64,000 nucleotides of DNA from an uncultured Oscillospiraceae bacterium (GCA_910587395.1 CAJULJ010000003.1:7012-71011); one strand, 5' to 3'; shown: positions 1-9,634, counted from the first letter of the stretch. Notes: generated from the sequence alone by a model not told the origin. Program-made: numbers and translations.

Positions 1-1
1 G

Positions 2-2104
2 GATGTTCTGCGCCTGTCCAACGGCGTCAAGTACACCCTGTCCGGCTCCGGCATCAAGGTCATCAACGGCAATCTGAAGATCGCCGGTGTTGACGATCAG
101 ACCGGCTACGGCATCCGCGCGGATGTGAACATCAGCGGCTGGACCACGCCGCAGAAGAACGAGCTCATCACCAAGCTGGCGGGGACCGGCACCAGCTTTG
201 ACTGGGGCGGAAGTCCGGCCGTCCGCGAGGCCATCAACGCTGTGGCCGCCAACATCAGCCAGAGCCAGATCGACGGCTGGATCAGGAGCGCCCAGCAGGC
301 GGCGTGGCGGACCCAGAACGGCTACACCCCCAGCGGCAATACGAACTATCTGAGCACGACCGGCTATGACCAGGTTTGGCTGGTGCCCTATCTGGCGGTC
401 AATGTGACCTATTATAACAACGGCGTGATGAACGCCACGCTGGTTCCCTCCTACTATGTGGAGGTGCGCCAGAGTGCGCCGAACAGCTACGCGGGCTGCT
501 TCGGTTCGGCCACCGGGAATAAGCAGAACATCTACAGCGAGAATGGTTATCTGGCTCAGCGGGGTCAGAGCCTGGGCGCGATCACCGGCACCTTCGGCAC
601 GGCTGAGCTGACCTTCAATGATGCTTCCCTGAACGGTGAGCTGCTGCATCAGGACGGTACCTATGTGTATCCCGCCAACAACAACACCTCCTCCGTGTGG
701 ACCATCACCCACGCGGGCAAAACCGGGCTGGGTTCCATCGTCATCAACACGATTCCGGCCACTGTGACCATGACGCGTGCGAATCCTACTCCTTTGACAA
801 CCTATTACTACGACTCCCTCCAGGCCGCCGTGGACGAGACCATCAACCAGACCTACGGCGGGACTACGAACACGCTTGACAGCATCATAATCCAGCAGGG
901 GTATACCGGCAGCACCACCGTCAGCGTCACCGGCGCGGCCCGCGAGTTCCGGGTCACCACTTTGGGCAACCACACCTTCGCCGCGTCCAACGCCACCGGC
1001 GTGGTGGTGACGCCTCTGAACACCGGCAAGGGCTGGACCGTCCAGCTCACGAAGGACACCGCGCCCACCAGCGGCAACATCACCATCAGCTCCGCCACCG
1101 GCGGCTCCGCCAGCGTCAATGCCAACCCCGCCAGCGCGGGCCAGACCGTGACCATCACCCTGTCCGCCAACGCGGGCTATACGCCCAGCGGCGTCACCGT
1201 GCGGACCGCAAATAACCAGACCGTCAGCGTCAGCGGCTCCGGCAGCACCTACACCTTTGTGATGCCCTCCGGCAGCGTGACCGTGACTCCGTCCTTCACC
1301 CAGAGCCAGACCCAGAGCCGGGCCACCGTGACCGTGTCCAATCCCATCCGGGGCAGCGGCACCGCCGCCACCTCCGCGGGCAATAATCAGGTCAACGCGG
1401 GTACCGTGGTGACTGTCACCACCACACCCGGCACCAACCAGCGCACCATGGGCCTGTCCGTGACCGGAACCACCGCCGTGCGCACCGGCGTGAACACCTT
1501 CCAGTTCAGCGTGCCCTCCGGCGTCAGCAACGTGGTGGTCACCCCGTCCTTCGACACGAACAACGGCACCAACTTCTCCGACGTGTGGTCCTCTGAGTAC
1601 TTCTCCAATCCCGTTTCCTGGGCAGTGAGCAAGGGCATCACCAACGGTACCGGCACCTACACCTTCAGCCCCTACAACTCCTGCACCCGCGAGGATATGG
1701 TGACCTTCCTGTGGCGTGCCAACGGCAGCCCCGTCATGAGCAACGTGAGAAATCCGTTCTGGGATGTTCAGGCCGGCAGCTACTACTACAACGCCGTGAT
1801 GTGGGCGGTGTCCAAGGGCATCACCAACGGCGTGAGCAGCACCCAGTTCGGCGTGGGCCAGACCGTTACCCGCGCTCAGGCCGTGACGTTCCTGTACCGC
1901 GCGAGCAACTCTCCCGCGTCCAGCACCAACAGCGGCTTCTACGATGTGCCCGCCAATGAGTACTACGCCAGAGCCGTGACTTGGGCGAAGAACAAGGGCG
2001 TGACCGACGGCACCAGCACCTACGCCTTCAGCCCCAACGATCCCTGCCTGCGCGGTCAGATCGTGACCTTCCTGTACCGCGATATCACCGGCAACAAGGC
2101 CTGA
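2..2104 (+). CDS. S-layer homology (SLH) domain surface protein, 5'-partial (frame open to window edge)
   Basis: Three C-terminal SLH repeats (FSDV..WAVSKGITNG..TREDMVTFL; FWDV..; FYDV..), two upstream Thr/Ser-rich beta-repeat modules; frame is open from nt 2. Confidence 0.9.
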   Translation, partial: DVLRLSNGVKYTLSGSGIKVINGNLKIAGVDDQTGYGIRADVNISGWTTPQKNELITKLAGTGTSFDWGGSPAVREAINAVAANISQSQIDGWIRSAQQAAWRTQNGYTPSGNTNYLSTTGYDQVWLVPYLAVNVTYYNNGVMNATLVPSYYVEVRQSAPNSYAGCFGSATGNKQNIYSENGYLAQRGQSLGAITGTFGTAELTFNDASLNGELLHQDGTYVYPANNNTSSVWTITHAGKTGLGSIVINTIPATVTMTRANPTPLTTYYYDSLQAAVDETINQTYGGTTNTLDSIIIQQGYTGSTTVSVTGAAREFRVTTLGNHTFAASNATGVVVTPLNTGKGWTVQLTKDTAPTSGNITISSATGGSASVNANPASAGQTVTITLSANAGYTPSGVTVRTANNQTVSVSGSGSTYTFVMPSGSVTVTPSFTQSQTQSRATVTVSNPIRGSGTAATSAGNNQVNAGTVVTVTTTPGTNQRTMGLSVTGTTAVRTGVNTFQFSVPSGVSNVVVTPSFDTNNGTNFSDVWSSEYFSNPVSWAVSKGITNGTGTYTFSPYNSCTREDMVTFLWRANGSPVMSNVRNPFWDVQAGSYYYNAVMWAVSKGITNGVSSTQFGVGQTVTRAQAVTFLYRASNSPASSTNSGFYDVPANEYYARAVTWAKNKGVTDGTSTYAFSPNDPCLRGQIVTFLYRDITGNKA

Positions 2105-2134
2105 ATCAGGCGCGCAAGCTGAGCAAAAACTGAG

Positions 2135-2167
2135 AAAGGGTCCCGGCCATCTGGCCGGGACCCTTTT
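2135..2167. terminator. Intrinsic terminator, probably bidirectional
   Basis: AAAGGGTCCCGGCCA-TC-TGGCCGGGACCCTTTT between convergent genes. Confidence 0.85.
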
Positions 2168-2739
2168 CAGCGTTGGTCGAGCAGGCGCCGGAGGTCCTGG
2201 GGGGTGTTGACGTTGGTGAGCCACCGGTCGGGGAAGGGGGTGCCCTCCAGCGGGACGTATCGGGTGGGAACGGCCTCCAGGAGGGACACCATGCGGCGGT
2301 TTCCCGCCCGGAGGCGGGATTCGATTTCGGGCAGGAGGGTTTTGCGGTAGACGCCGCAGAGGGGGTGGATTCTGCCGTCCCGGGTGACGGGGACAACGGC
2401 GCTGTACGCTTCGGTGAGCTGAGCGGCCAAAAACAGGCCGAGCTCCCGCTGGAAAAGGGGCAGGTCGCAGGAGACGATCAGCAGCGCGTCGGAGCGGCAG
2501 GCGGCGAGCAGGGCGTGGAGCCCTCCCAGTGGGCCGCAGGAGGGGAAAATATCCGGGATGGGGCGAAAGCCGGGTTCCTCCCGCAGGGTGCTCCCCACGG
2601 AGAGGAGCAGCTCAGGAAAGCCGTCCAGCTGGGCGGCTATGCGGGTTTGGAAGGGCTGGCCGTCCAGGAGAAGCCGGGACTTGTCCCGGCCCATGCGGCG
2701 GCTCTGACCGCCGGACAAAAGGGCCGCTCCGATCTGCAT
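2167..2739 (-). CDS. mobA: Molybdenum cofactor guanylyltransferase
   Basis: LLSGGQSRRMGRDK, GPLGG, SCDLP and NVNTPQDL motifs. Confidence 0.92.
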   Translation of the reverse strand: MQIGAALLSGGQSRRMGRDKSRLLLDGQPFQTRIAAQLDGFPELLLSVGSTLREEPGFRPIPDIFPSCGPLGGLHALLAACRSDALLIVSCDLPLFQRELGLFLAAQLTEAYSAVVPVTRDGRIHPLCGVYRKTLLPEIESRLRAGNRRMVSLLEAVPTRYVPLEGTPFPDRWLTNVNTPQDLRRLLDQR

Positions 2740-2768
2740 GACAATCGCCTCCGATCAAATGTAAGACC

Positions 2769-2797
2769 ATTGTATCGAAATCGTCCGATTGTGTCAA
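2769..2797 (-). promoter_or_regulatory. sigma-A promoter for mobA
   Basis: TTGACA-17-TACAAT on minus strand. Confidence 0.7.
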
Positions 2798-2804
2798 ACT
2801 GATC

Positions 2805-2833
2805 TTGACAGGTTGGGGATTCCATGAGACAAT
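2805..2833 (+). promoter_or_regulatory. sigma-A promoter for the moeA operon
   Basis: TTGACA-17-GACAAT directly upstream of the riboswitch. Confidence 0.6.
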
Positions 2834-2837
2834 AATA

Positions 2838-2952
2838 TCGTCTTCGAGTCCCTTCGCCTAAAGCTGAGCCATGGCGATTGGACCGCCCCCGGCATGTGCC
2901 GGGACAGGGTCACGCTGGAAACAGCGGGGCCTTCCTCATTGAAAAGGAGACG
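2838..2952 (+). ncRNA. Moco RNA motif (molybdenum cofactor riboswitch)
   Basis: TTCGAG..CCTAA..ATGG..P3 hairpin (CCCGGCATGTGCCGGG)..GGGT..GAAAC..GCCTTCC..GAAAAGGAGA pattern in the leader of Moco genes; boundaries approximate. Confidence 0.8.
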
Positions 2953-2992
2953 GAATGGAACCGTAGGCGAATTGTGCCTGCGGAGTGTTGCC

Positions 2993-3024
2993 GTCCGCTT
3001 CTTTTCAGGGAAGCGGGCTTTTTT
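2993..3024 (+). terminator. Leader terminator (riboswitch expression platform)
   Basis: GTCCGCTTC-N8-GAAGCGGGC followed by TTTTTT, 24 nt before the moeA ATG. Confidence 0.7.
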
Positions 3025-3048
3025 GCTGCATGAAAAGGAGCGGATGAG

Positions 3049-4260
3049 ATGAGAGAGCATGTCTCTTACGGCACCGCGCGGACGCTGGCGGCGGAGGCGG
3101 TGAGGCCGGTGGAAACGGAGCTGCTTTGCCTGGAGGACTGCGCCGGGCGGGTGCTGGGACAGGAAGTGACCGCGGCGGAGGATGTGCCTGCCTTTGACCG
3201 TTCGCCCTACGACGGCTATGCCTTTCGGGCCGGGGATGTTCAAAAGGCGGCGGACGGGCCGGTTGTGCTGCGGGTGGTGGAGGAGATCCCGGCCGGAGGG
3301 GTTCCCCATAGGGCGATCACGGCTGGGACCGCCGCGAAGGTGCTCACCGGCGCGCCCATCCCAATGGGAGCGGACGCGGTGGTTAAGTACGAGGACACCA
3401 AGTACACGGCGGAGCAGGTGGAGATTTTCCTCCCCGCCTATCCAGGACAGAACATTGTTCGCGCCGGTGAGGATGTCCGGGCCGGGACTGTGCTGGCCCA
3501 CTCCGGAGCGGTTATCGACCCAGGGCTGGCGGGTACGCTGGCGGCCCAGGGGCTGAGCCGGGTGTGGGTGCACCGTGTTCCGAAGGTGGGCCTGATCTCC
3601 ACCGGCAGCGAGCTGGCAGAGGTGGGGGAGCCGCTTACGTCTGGAAAGATCTATAACACCAGCCGCTACGCCCTGACGGCGACGTTAAAGGCGCTGGGCT
3701 GCGCGACGGTTTGGCTGGGCTGCGCGAGGGACGACGCGGAGGCCATTCGGTTGCTGATTGAGGCGGGACTGGGCTCCTGTGACGCCCTGGTGCTTACCGG
3801 AGGAGCGTCGCGAGGCAGCTATGATCTGACGCCTGCCGCGATGGAGCTGTCTGGAGCGGAGCTGCTGTTCCGGGGAGTGGACTTCAAACCGGGGATGGCC
3901 TGCGCCTATGCTGTCCGAGAGGGAAAGCTGCTGTGCGGGCTGTCGGGCAACCCGGCGGCGGCGCTGACAAATTTTTACCTGGTGGCGCTGCCCGCCCTGA
4001 AAAGGCTGGCGGGACGGCGGGACTATCTGCCGCGGGAACTGACCGTAGCGCTGACAAAGCGCTTCCCCAAGGCCAGCCCCATGAACCGGGTGCTTCGGGG
4101 GAAGCTGGCGCTGAGCCGTGGCCGGGTGGAGATGGACCTGCCCGAGGGACAGGGAAACGCTGTGCTCAGCAGTGCGGCAGGGTGCGATGTGCTGGCGGTT
4201 ATTCCCGCCGGAAGCGGGCCTGTGCCGGCGGGAGCGGAGCTGAAGGGCTTTTTGATTTGA
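3049..4260 (+). CDS. moeA: Molybdopterin molybdotransferase
   Basis: FDRSPYDGYA, TGAPIP, STGSEL, GLSGNP motifs. Confidence 0.93.
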   Translation: MREHVSYGTARTLAAEAVRPVETELLCLEDCAGRVLGQEVTAAEDVPAFDRSPYDGYAFRAGDVQKAADGPVVLRVVEEIPAGGVPHRAITAGTAAKVLTGAPIPMGADAVVKYEDTKYTAEQVEIFLPAYPGQNIVRAGEDVRAGTVLAHSGAVIDPGLAGTLAAQGLSRVWVHRVPKVGLISTGSELAEVGEPLTSGKIYNTSRYALTATLKALGCATVWLGCARDDAEAIRLLIEAGLGSCDALVLTGGASRGSYDLTPAAMELSGAELLFRGVDFKPGMACAYAVREGKLLCGLSGNPAAALTNFYLVALPALKRLAGRRDYLPRELTVALTKRFPKASPMNRVLRGKLALSRGRVEMDLPEGQGNAVLSSAAGCDVLAVIPAGSGPVPAGAELKGFLI

Positions 4261-4279
4261 GCGTTGGGAGGTAAGGGCG

Positions 4280-5224
4280 ATCAAGGACCAATTCAAACGG
4301 GAGATCACATACCTGCGGCTGTCGGTGACGGAGCTGTGCGATCTGCGCTGCCGCTACTGTATGCCCAAAGAAGGCGTGTGCAAAAAGCGCGGCGATGAGA
4401 TATTCACCGAGGAGGAAATGGTGACGGCGGTGGAGGCTGCGGCCTCTCTGGGGGTGCGCAAGGTGCGTATCACCGGAGGAGAGCCGCTGGTAAAGCCGAA
4501 TATCCTGTCTATCTGCCGCCGCAGTGCCGCAGTACCTGGGATTCAGGAGGTGTGCGTTACCACCAACGGCCTGGGCCTGTCCGGACTGGCGGAGCCTCTG
4601 CGGGGGGTGGGAGTACGGCGGATTAACCTCAGCCTGGACACGCTGGAGCGGGAGAAGTATGCCTACATGACCCGGCGGGACCGCCTGAACGACGCTCTGC
4701 GGGGGCTGGAGGCGGCGCTTGAGGCCGGGTTTGAAAAGGTGAAGGTGAATACGGTGCTGATCGGCGGCTTTAACGACGATGAGATCCCCGCGCTGGCGGC
4801 GCTGACGCTGCGTTATCCAATCGACATGCGGTTTATCGAGCTGATGCCCATGGGGGGCGGCTTTGAGCAGCGGGCGTATCTCCCCTGCGGCGTGGTGCTG
4901 GAACGGCTGCCCATGCTGGAGCCTGTGGGTCAGAGCGGAACCGCCCGGCTGTACCGTCTGCCCGGCGCGTTGGGAAACGTGGGTTTGATCAGCCCGGTGA
5001 GCGCCCATTTTTGCGCTGAGTGCAACCGTCTGCGGCTCACCGCCGACGGGAAGCTGAAGCCCTGCCTTCATGGGGGAGAGGAGTTTTCCATCAAGGGTCT
5101 GGACCGGGCCGGGATGGAGGCGCAGATGCGCCGGGCAGTCCTGGCCAAGCCGGAGTGCCACGCCCCGCTGTCCAGTGCCCGGCCCAGCCAGTCAGGCCGG
5201 GCCATGTACCGGATCGGAGGGTGA
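4280..5224 (+). CDS. moaA: GTP 3',8-cyclase (start placed at ATC 4280, see findings)
   Basis: YLRLSVT-CDLRCRYC radical SAM motif, RITGGEPL, FCAECNRLR, C-terminal IGG. Confidence 0.92.
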   Translation: MKDQFKREITYLRLSVTELCDLRCRYCMPKEGVCKKRGDEIFTEEEMVTAVEAAASLGVRKVRITGGEPLVKPNILSICRRSAAVPGIQEVCVTTNGLGLSGLAEPLRGVGVRRINLSLDTLEREKYAYMTRRDRLNDALRGLEAALEAGFEKVKVNTVLIGGFNDDEIPALAALTLRYPIDMRFIELMPMGGGFEQRAYLPCGVVLERLPMLEPVGQSGTARLYRLPGALGNVGLISPVSAHFCAECNRLRLTADGKLKPCLHGGEEFSIKGLDRAGMEAQMRRAVLAKPECHAPLSSARPSQSGRAMYRIGG

Positions 5225-5227
5225 GGG

Positions 5228-6190
5228 ATGGACGGGATACCTGTTTTGGGCTTTGCGGCCTATTCCGGTGTGGGGAAGACCACGGTGATGGAGCAGGTGA
5301 TCGCGGCCCTGAGGCGCCGGGGCCTTCGGGTGGCGGCGGTAAAGCATGACGGTCACGATTTTGAGATCGACCGGCCGGGCAAGGACTCCTGGCGGTTTGA
5401 CCAAGCGGGAGCGGAGGCCACCATTCTTGCTTCAGATACAAGGACTGTGGTGATGGAGCGTCGGGGCAGAGAGCTGACCGGGCTTTTTGCTCTGACGGGC
5501 GACGTGGACATCATTCTGGTGGAGGGCTATAAGGCGGGGGGCCTTTCCCAAATCGGCATATGCCGCCGGGGAACGGGGAAGGGGCTTCCCCTGGAGGCGG
5601 AGCGCTATGCCGCGGTTGTTACCGACGGAGAAGGCGCATGGCCGGTGCCCCGGTTCGGATTTGACCAGATAGAGGAGTTGACGGATTTTATAATGGAGCA
5701 TGCGGAGGATTTCACCCACTTCAACACCCAGGGCAGGGCGAGGATGGTGGATGTGGGGGAAAAGGCCCCCACCCGGCGCACCGCTGTGGCGGCGGCGAGG
5801 GTGCTGGTGAACGCGGAGACCTTCCGGCTCATCCAGACCGGGGGGATGAAGAAGGGAGACGTGCTTACCGTGGCGCAGATCGCGGGAGTGATGGGGGCAA
5901 AGCGCACCCCGGAGCTGATTCCCATGTGCCATCCCATCCTGATGGACGGGGTGGACATGAGGCTTACCCTGGACGAGGAGCGGCAGTCGGTGGAAATCGA
6001 GGCCGCCGTCTCCTGTCAGGGCCGAACCGGGGTGGAGATGGAGGCCCTTACCGCCGCCGCCATAGCGGCCCTCACCGTGTATGACATGTGCAAGGCGGTG
6101 CAGAAGGATATGGTGATCGCCGATGTGCGGCTGGTCAGCAAGGCCGGCGGGGTCCACGGCGACTTTGCCCGAGAGGAGGAGCAGGTATGA
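5228..6190 (+). CDS. mobB/moaC: MobB-MoaC fusion protein
   Basis: N-half SGVGKTT, KHDGHDFEID, VEGYK (MobB); C-half FTHF..RMVDV, LIPMCHP, TGVEMEAL, YDMCKA (MoaC). Confidence 0.88.
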   Translation: MDGIPVLGFAAYSGVGKTTVMEQVIAALRRRGLRVAAVKHDGHDFEIDRPGKDSWRFDQAGAEATILASDTRTVVMERRGRELTGLFALTGDVDIILVEGYKAGGLSQIGICRRGTGKGLPLEAERYAAVVTDGEGAWPVPRFGFDQIEELTDFIMEHAEDFTHFNTQGRARMVDVGEKAPTRRTAVAAARVLVNAETFRLIQTGGMKKGDVLTVAQIAGVMGAKRTPELIPMCHPILMDGVDMRLTLDEERQSVEIEAAVSCQGRTGVEMEALTAAAIAALTVYDMCKAVQKDMVIADVRLVSKAGGVHGDFAREEEQV

Positions 6191-7083
6191 GCAAAACGGC
6201 GGCGGTCATCACCGTCAGTGACAAGGGCGCTCGTGGGGAGCGGGCGGACACCAGCGGACCCGCTGTCCGGGCTATGCTGGAGGAGGCGGGGTTCCAGGTG
6301 GCGTATTCTGCCGTTATCCCCGACGAGGAGGGGGACATCCGGGACACTCTGCTCCACTGTGCCGACAAATTGGAGGTGTCTCTCGCGGTGACCACCGGAG
6401 GGACGGGCTTTTCTCCCAGGGACGTGACGCCGGAGGCCACCCGGGCCGTCATTCAGCGGGACACGCCCGGGCTGCCCGAGGCTATGCGGGCGGACAGCAT
6501 GCGCCGCACGCCCAGAGGCTGCCTTTCCCGAGGCACGGCGGGCATCCGGGGAAGGACTCTCATCCTCAATCTCCCCGGCAGTGAAAGGGCGGCGCGGGAG
6601 AATCTGGCCGCTGTGCTGGCCGCTGTGGGCCACGGAGTGGATATGCTGCTGTCCGCCGGGTCCGCCGACTGCGCCGCGCCGGTGACGGCCGGAGAGACGC
6701 CGCCGGATATCGGTTCCTGGCTGCGGGAGGCCAAGGCCCGCCCGGATGCCCGCAAGGTGGGGATGTACCTCACCCACAATGGAGTGGTGCGCTCCACGGC
6801 CAGGGTCCAGGTGCGGCAGGGCCAGGAGGCTGGGCCCGTGACGGGGATGAGTTTCACCTATGACCCCCGAAGGGTGGAGGAGGCTGTTCGGCAGACCTAT
6901 GAGCTGCCCGGCGTATACTATGTCCGGGTATGGCTCAACCGGGGAGAGCTGCGGGTGGGAGACGACCTGATGTATGTGATGGTGGGCGGGGATATCCGCT
7001 CTCATACGGTGGACGCCCTCCAATTCCTGGTGGGAAAGCTGAAGTCTGAGTGTGTGACTGAGGCGGAACGGTATGAGGCATGA
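6187..7083 (+). CDS. mogA/moaE: MogA/MoaB-MoaE-like fusion protein
   Basis: ITVSD..DTSG, TTGGTGFSPRDVTPEAT, LNLPGS, followed by HNGVVR..G.L.VGD MoaE-like domain; ATGA overlap with previous stop. Confidence 0.82.
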   Translation: MSKTAAVITVSDKGARGERADTSGPAVRAMLEEAGFQVAYSAVIPDEEGDIRDTLLHCADKLEVSLAVTTGGTGFSPRDVTPEATRAVIQRDTPGLPEAMRADSMRRTPRGCLSRGTAGIRGRTLILNLPGSERAARENLAAVLAAVGHGVDMLLSAGSADCAAPVTAGETPPDIGSWLREAKARPDARKVGMYLTHNGVVRSTARVQVRQGQEAGPVTGMSFTYDPRRVEEAVRQTYELPGVYYVRVWLNRGELRVGDDLMYVMVGGDIRSHTVDALQFLVGKLKSECVTEAERYEA

Positions 7084-7087
7084 CAAA

Positions 7088-7122
7088 GAGGGGACCGGCT
7101 GACACTGTCAGCCGGTCCCCTC
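7088..7122. terminator. Inverted repeat between convergent operons
   Basis: GAGGGGACCGGCTGACA-C-TGTCAGCCGGTCCCCTC. Confidence 0.75.
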
Positions 7123-7136
7123 TGATTTTACAGGGG

Positions 7137-8705
7137 TCAATCGTTCAGCTTGACGACCACCGTGCCGTCGATCACCTGGATGCTGCCCGCCTCCGGGTAC
7201 AGGGGCATTGCCTTTGCCTGGGCCGTCTCAGCCAGGGCCAGAGCGTTTTCGCTGTCACCCAGATAGACCTCTCCGGTGAAGCCCAGATAGTAGCGCAGGA
7301 AGTGCCCGTAGGTGTAAGAGGCCCGGTAGCTTCCCAGGTCAAAAACGCCGGTCATTTGGATTCTGTCCAGCTCTGGTGTGGGCACAAGGGCATCCTCTCT
7401 CTGGTCGCTTCCCAGCAGCGCCACCGGCATTCCCTGGCGGTAGCCCTCACAGGATTCGATCTTGTCAAGCAGCCGGGTGGAATAGGCGGTGCACTGACGC
7501 ATACTGAGATCTATCTTGAGATAGGCTGTGTTAGCGGTGATTGCGTAGGAGAAGGAGGTCAATGCCATGCTCAGCAGAATGATCCAGCCGGCCGCCGCCT
7601 GAAAGGACCGGACAGAAATTTTTTGCGGGGCAGTCTCCATGTAGTCCGCCAGTGCGATGGGAGCGATGAGGATATAGGAAAGCCCGTAGATCATCAGTGT
7701 GTGGATGTCGCTGGGTACCATGACATAAATGATATTGCCCGCCAGGGGGTATGCGGCCGCCAGGGCCACGGCCAAGGCCGTCCGGGCCGGACCCAGCTTC
7801 CGCTGCCGCAGCAGCAACACGCCCAGTAGGACGGTGCACAGCGCGGTTGCAATGAAAGCGTACTTCAGAAAACCGAAATGATAGCCTGAGTCGTTCCGCA
7901 GAAAAAATGTGAAATATTTTCCATAGCTTTTCAGGATCAGCCGGGGCAGCTCCGGCAGAGAGATTTTTCCCATATCGGAGATCCCCATATAATCCACCAG
8001 CGGGACCCGCAGAGAGGTGATGCGGACGATCACCATATAGGCAATCAGCGCGGCCGCCAGGGTGCCCGCCAGCTGGACGCCCTTCAAAAACAGCTCCTGG
8101 AAGGAGCGCTTTCCGTCCAGGGTCTCAAACAGCAGGGCCCCCACCATAAGGACCGCCGCCACGCCAAGATAGCTTTGATAAATGCCCATGGAAAGGGTGA
8201 TGGCAACGGCGCCGGGAAGAATCCCCCAGCGGAACCGTACGGCGGCGTATGCGCCAAAGGCGGCCAGCATCAGGCTGAAAAAGTACGCGTCCGCCGTGAA
8301 CATATAGGCGAAGGTGGAGGTCACCGTGGGGAAGGACACCATGACGGCCGCCGTCACGATGCAGCTCAGGGGATGACGGATTCGGAGCAGCGACACGGTG
8401 AAGCAGGCCGTCCCCGCGAGGCACAGCAGTGAGAGCATTCCGATGAGCCACGGAGTGCTGAACGCGCCGTCCAAGCGCAGAACCGTCGGCAGAAACCAGC
8501 GCCCGGAGGCCGTTCCGTACTCGGCGGAAAAGAGGTGCCCGATGTCGTCGTGATTGGGGAGCTTGTTGACAAACATATAGATGTGCACCATGAGGCCCAG
8601 AACCACGCAGGCCAGGAAGGTCAGCCGAATCTCCTTTGGAATGCGGCACCAAAGCCCGTCAAAGCACGTTTCCGGTGTGTTCAGCGCCAAATGGGATGCT
8701 TTCAT
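7137..8705 (-). CDS. GtrII-like multi-pass membrane glycosyltransferase (GT-C type)
   Basis: NHDD and SGRW in first loop, IYQSY, many TM segments; third gene of a gtrA-gtrB unit. Confidence 0.75.
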   Translation of the reverse strand: MKASHLALNTPETCFDGLWCRIPKEIRLTFLACVVLGLMVHIYMFVNKLPNHDDIGHLFSAEYGTASGRWFLPTVLRLDGAFSTPWLIGMLSLLCLAGTACFTVSLLRIRHPLSCIVTAAVMVSFPTVTSTFAYMFTADAYFFSLMLAAFGAYAAVRFRWGILPGAVAITLSMGIYQSYLGVAAVLMVGALLFETLDGKRSFQELFLKGVQLAGTLAAALIAYMVIVRITSLRVPLVDYMGISDMGKISLPELPRLILKSYGKYFTFFLRNDSGYHFGFLKYAFIATALCTVLLGVLLLRQRKLGPARTALAVALAAAYPLAGNIIYVMVPSDIHTLMIYGLSYILIAPIALADYMETAPQKISVRSFQAAAGWIILLSMALTSFSYAITANTAYLKIDLSMRQCTAYSTRLLDKIESCEGYRQGMPVALLGSDQREDALVPTPELDRIQMTGVFDLGSYRASYTYGHFLRYYLGFTGEVYLGDSENALALAETAQAKAMPLYPEAGSIQVIDGTVVVKLND

Positions 8706-9634
8706 ACCTGACCGTTCCTTTCCTGCCCGCAGGCTCTGGCTACAAGATAGCGGGGGCGGGCCTTCACCTCAATAAAGATCTGCGCGATGTAGTAGCCGAT
8801 GATGCCTAGGCTGATCATCAGGATGCTGCCGATCAGGAGCATCAGAATGATAACCGTAGTGAAGCCGTCCGCCGCGCCGCCGCAGGCCCAGTTGACCAAT
8901 GTCTGCACGCCCAGAACCAGGGACAGCAGCAGGGTCAGCACACCCAGGACGGTGACAATCTGCATGGGGGCGGAGGAGTAGGCGGCGATATTGGAGATGG
9001 CGTAGCGGAACAGCGACGCTGTGGACCAATGGGTGTCACCCACTGTCCGCTCAGCCACGCTGAACTCCACCTCGGCGGTGCGGAAGCCCGCCCAGGCCAC
9101 CAGGGCGCGGAAAAATGTCTTGTGCTCAGACAGATCCAGCAGGGTTTTCACCACCCGGCGGTCCATCAGCTTGAAGTCGGAAGCGCGGGACATGTCCAGG
9201 CGTATGGCCTTGCTCATGATGCTGTAAAAGGTTTTGGCTGCAAAGCTGTGAAGGCCGCTCTCCTGGCCGCGGTCCGTCTTGACGCCGTTGACCACTTCCC
9301 AGCCCTGCTGCCAGAGGGCGTACATCTCGGGCAACTTTTCGGGGGGATGCTGCAAATCACAGTCCATCACCGCGCAGCACTCCCCTTTGGACACCTCCAT
9401 ACCGGCAAAAATGGCCGCTTCCTTTCCAAAATTGCGGGAAAAGCTGATGCCGCGGACAGTGGGGTCCTGCTCTGCGGTCTGCATGATCTCCTCCCAGGAG
9501 CTGTCGGCAGAGCCGTCATCCACGAAGATCAGTTCATATGGGATGTCCGCGTTCCGAAGAACCTGCCCGATGGATTGAGCCGCCTGGGAGATCGCGCCTG
9601 CCTCGTTGTAGGCGGGGATAACGACGGAAAGCAT
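8702..9634 (-). CDS. GT2 undecaprenyl-phosphate glycosyltransferase (GtrB/YfdH-like)
   Basis: SVVIPAYNE, DDGSAD, FSRNFGKEAA, DCDLQHPP, two C-terminal TMs. Confidence 0.9.
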   Translation of the reverse strand: MLSVVIPAYNEAGAISQAAQSIGQVLRNADIPYELIFVDDGSADSSWEEIMQTAEQDPTVRGISFSRNFGKEAAIFAGMEVSKGECCAVMDCDLQHPPEKLPEMYALWQQGWEVVNGVKTDRGQESGLHSFAAKTFYSIMSKAIRLDMSRASDFKLMDRRVVKTLLDLSEHKTFFRALVAWAGFRTAEVEFSVAERTVGDTHWSTASLFRYAISNIAAYSSAPMQIVTVLGVLTLLLSLVLGVQTLVNWACGGAADGFTTVIILMLLIGSILMISLGIIGYYIAQIFIEVKARPRYLVARACGQERNGQV

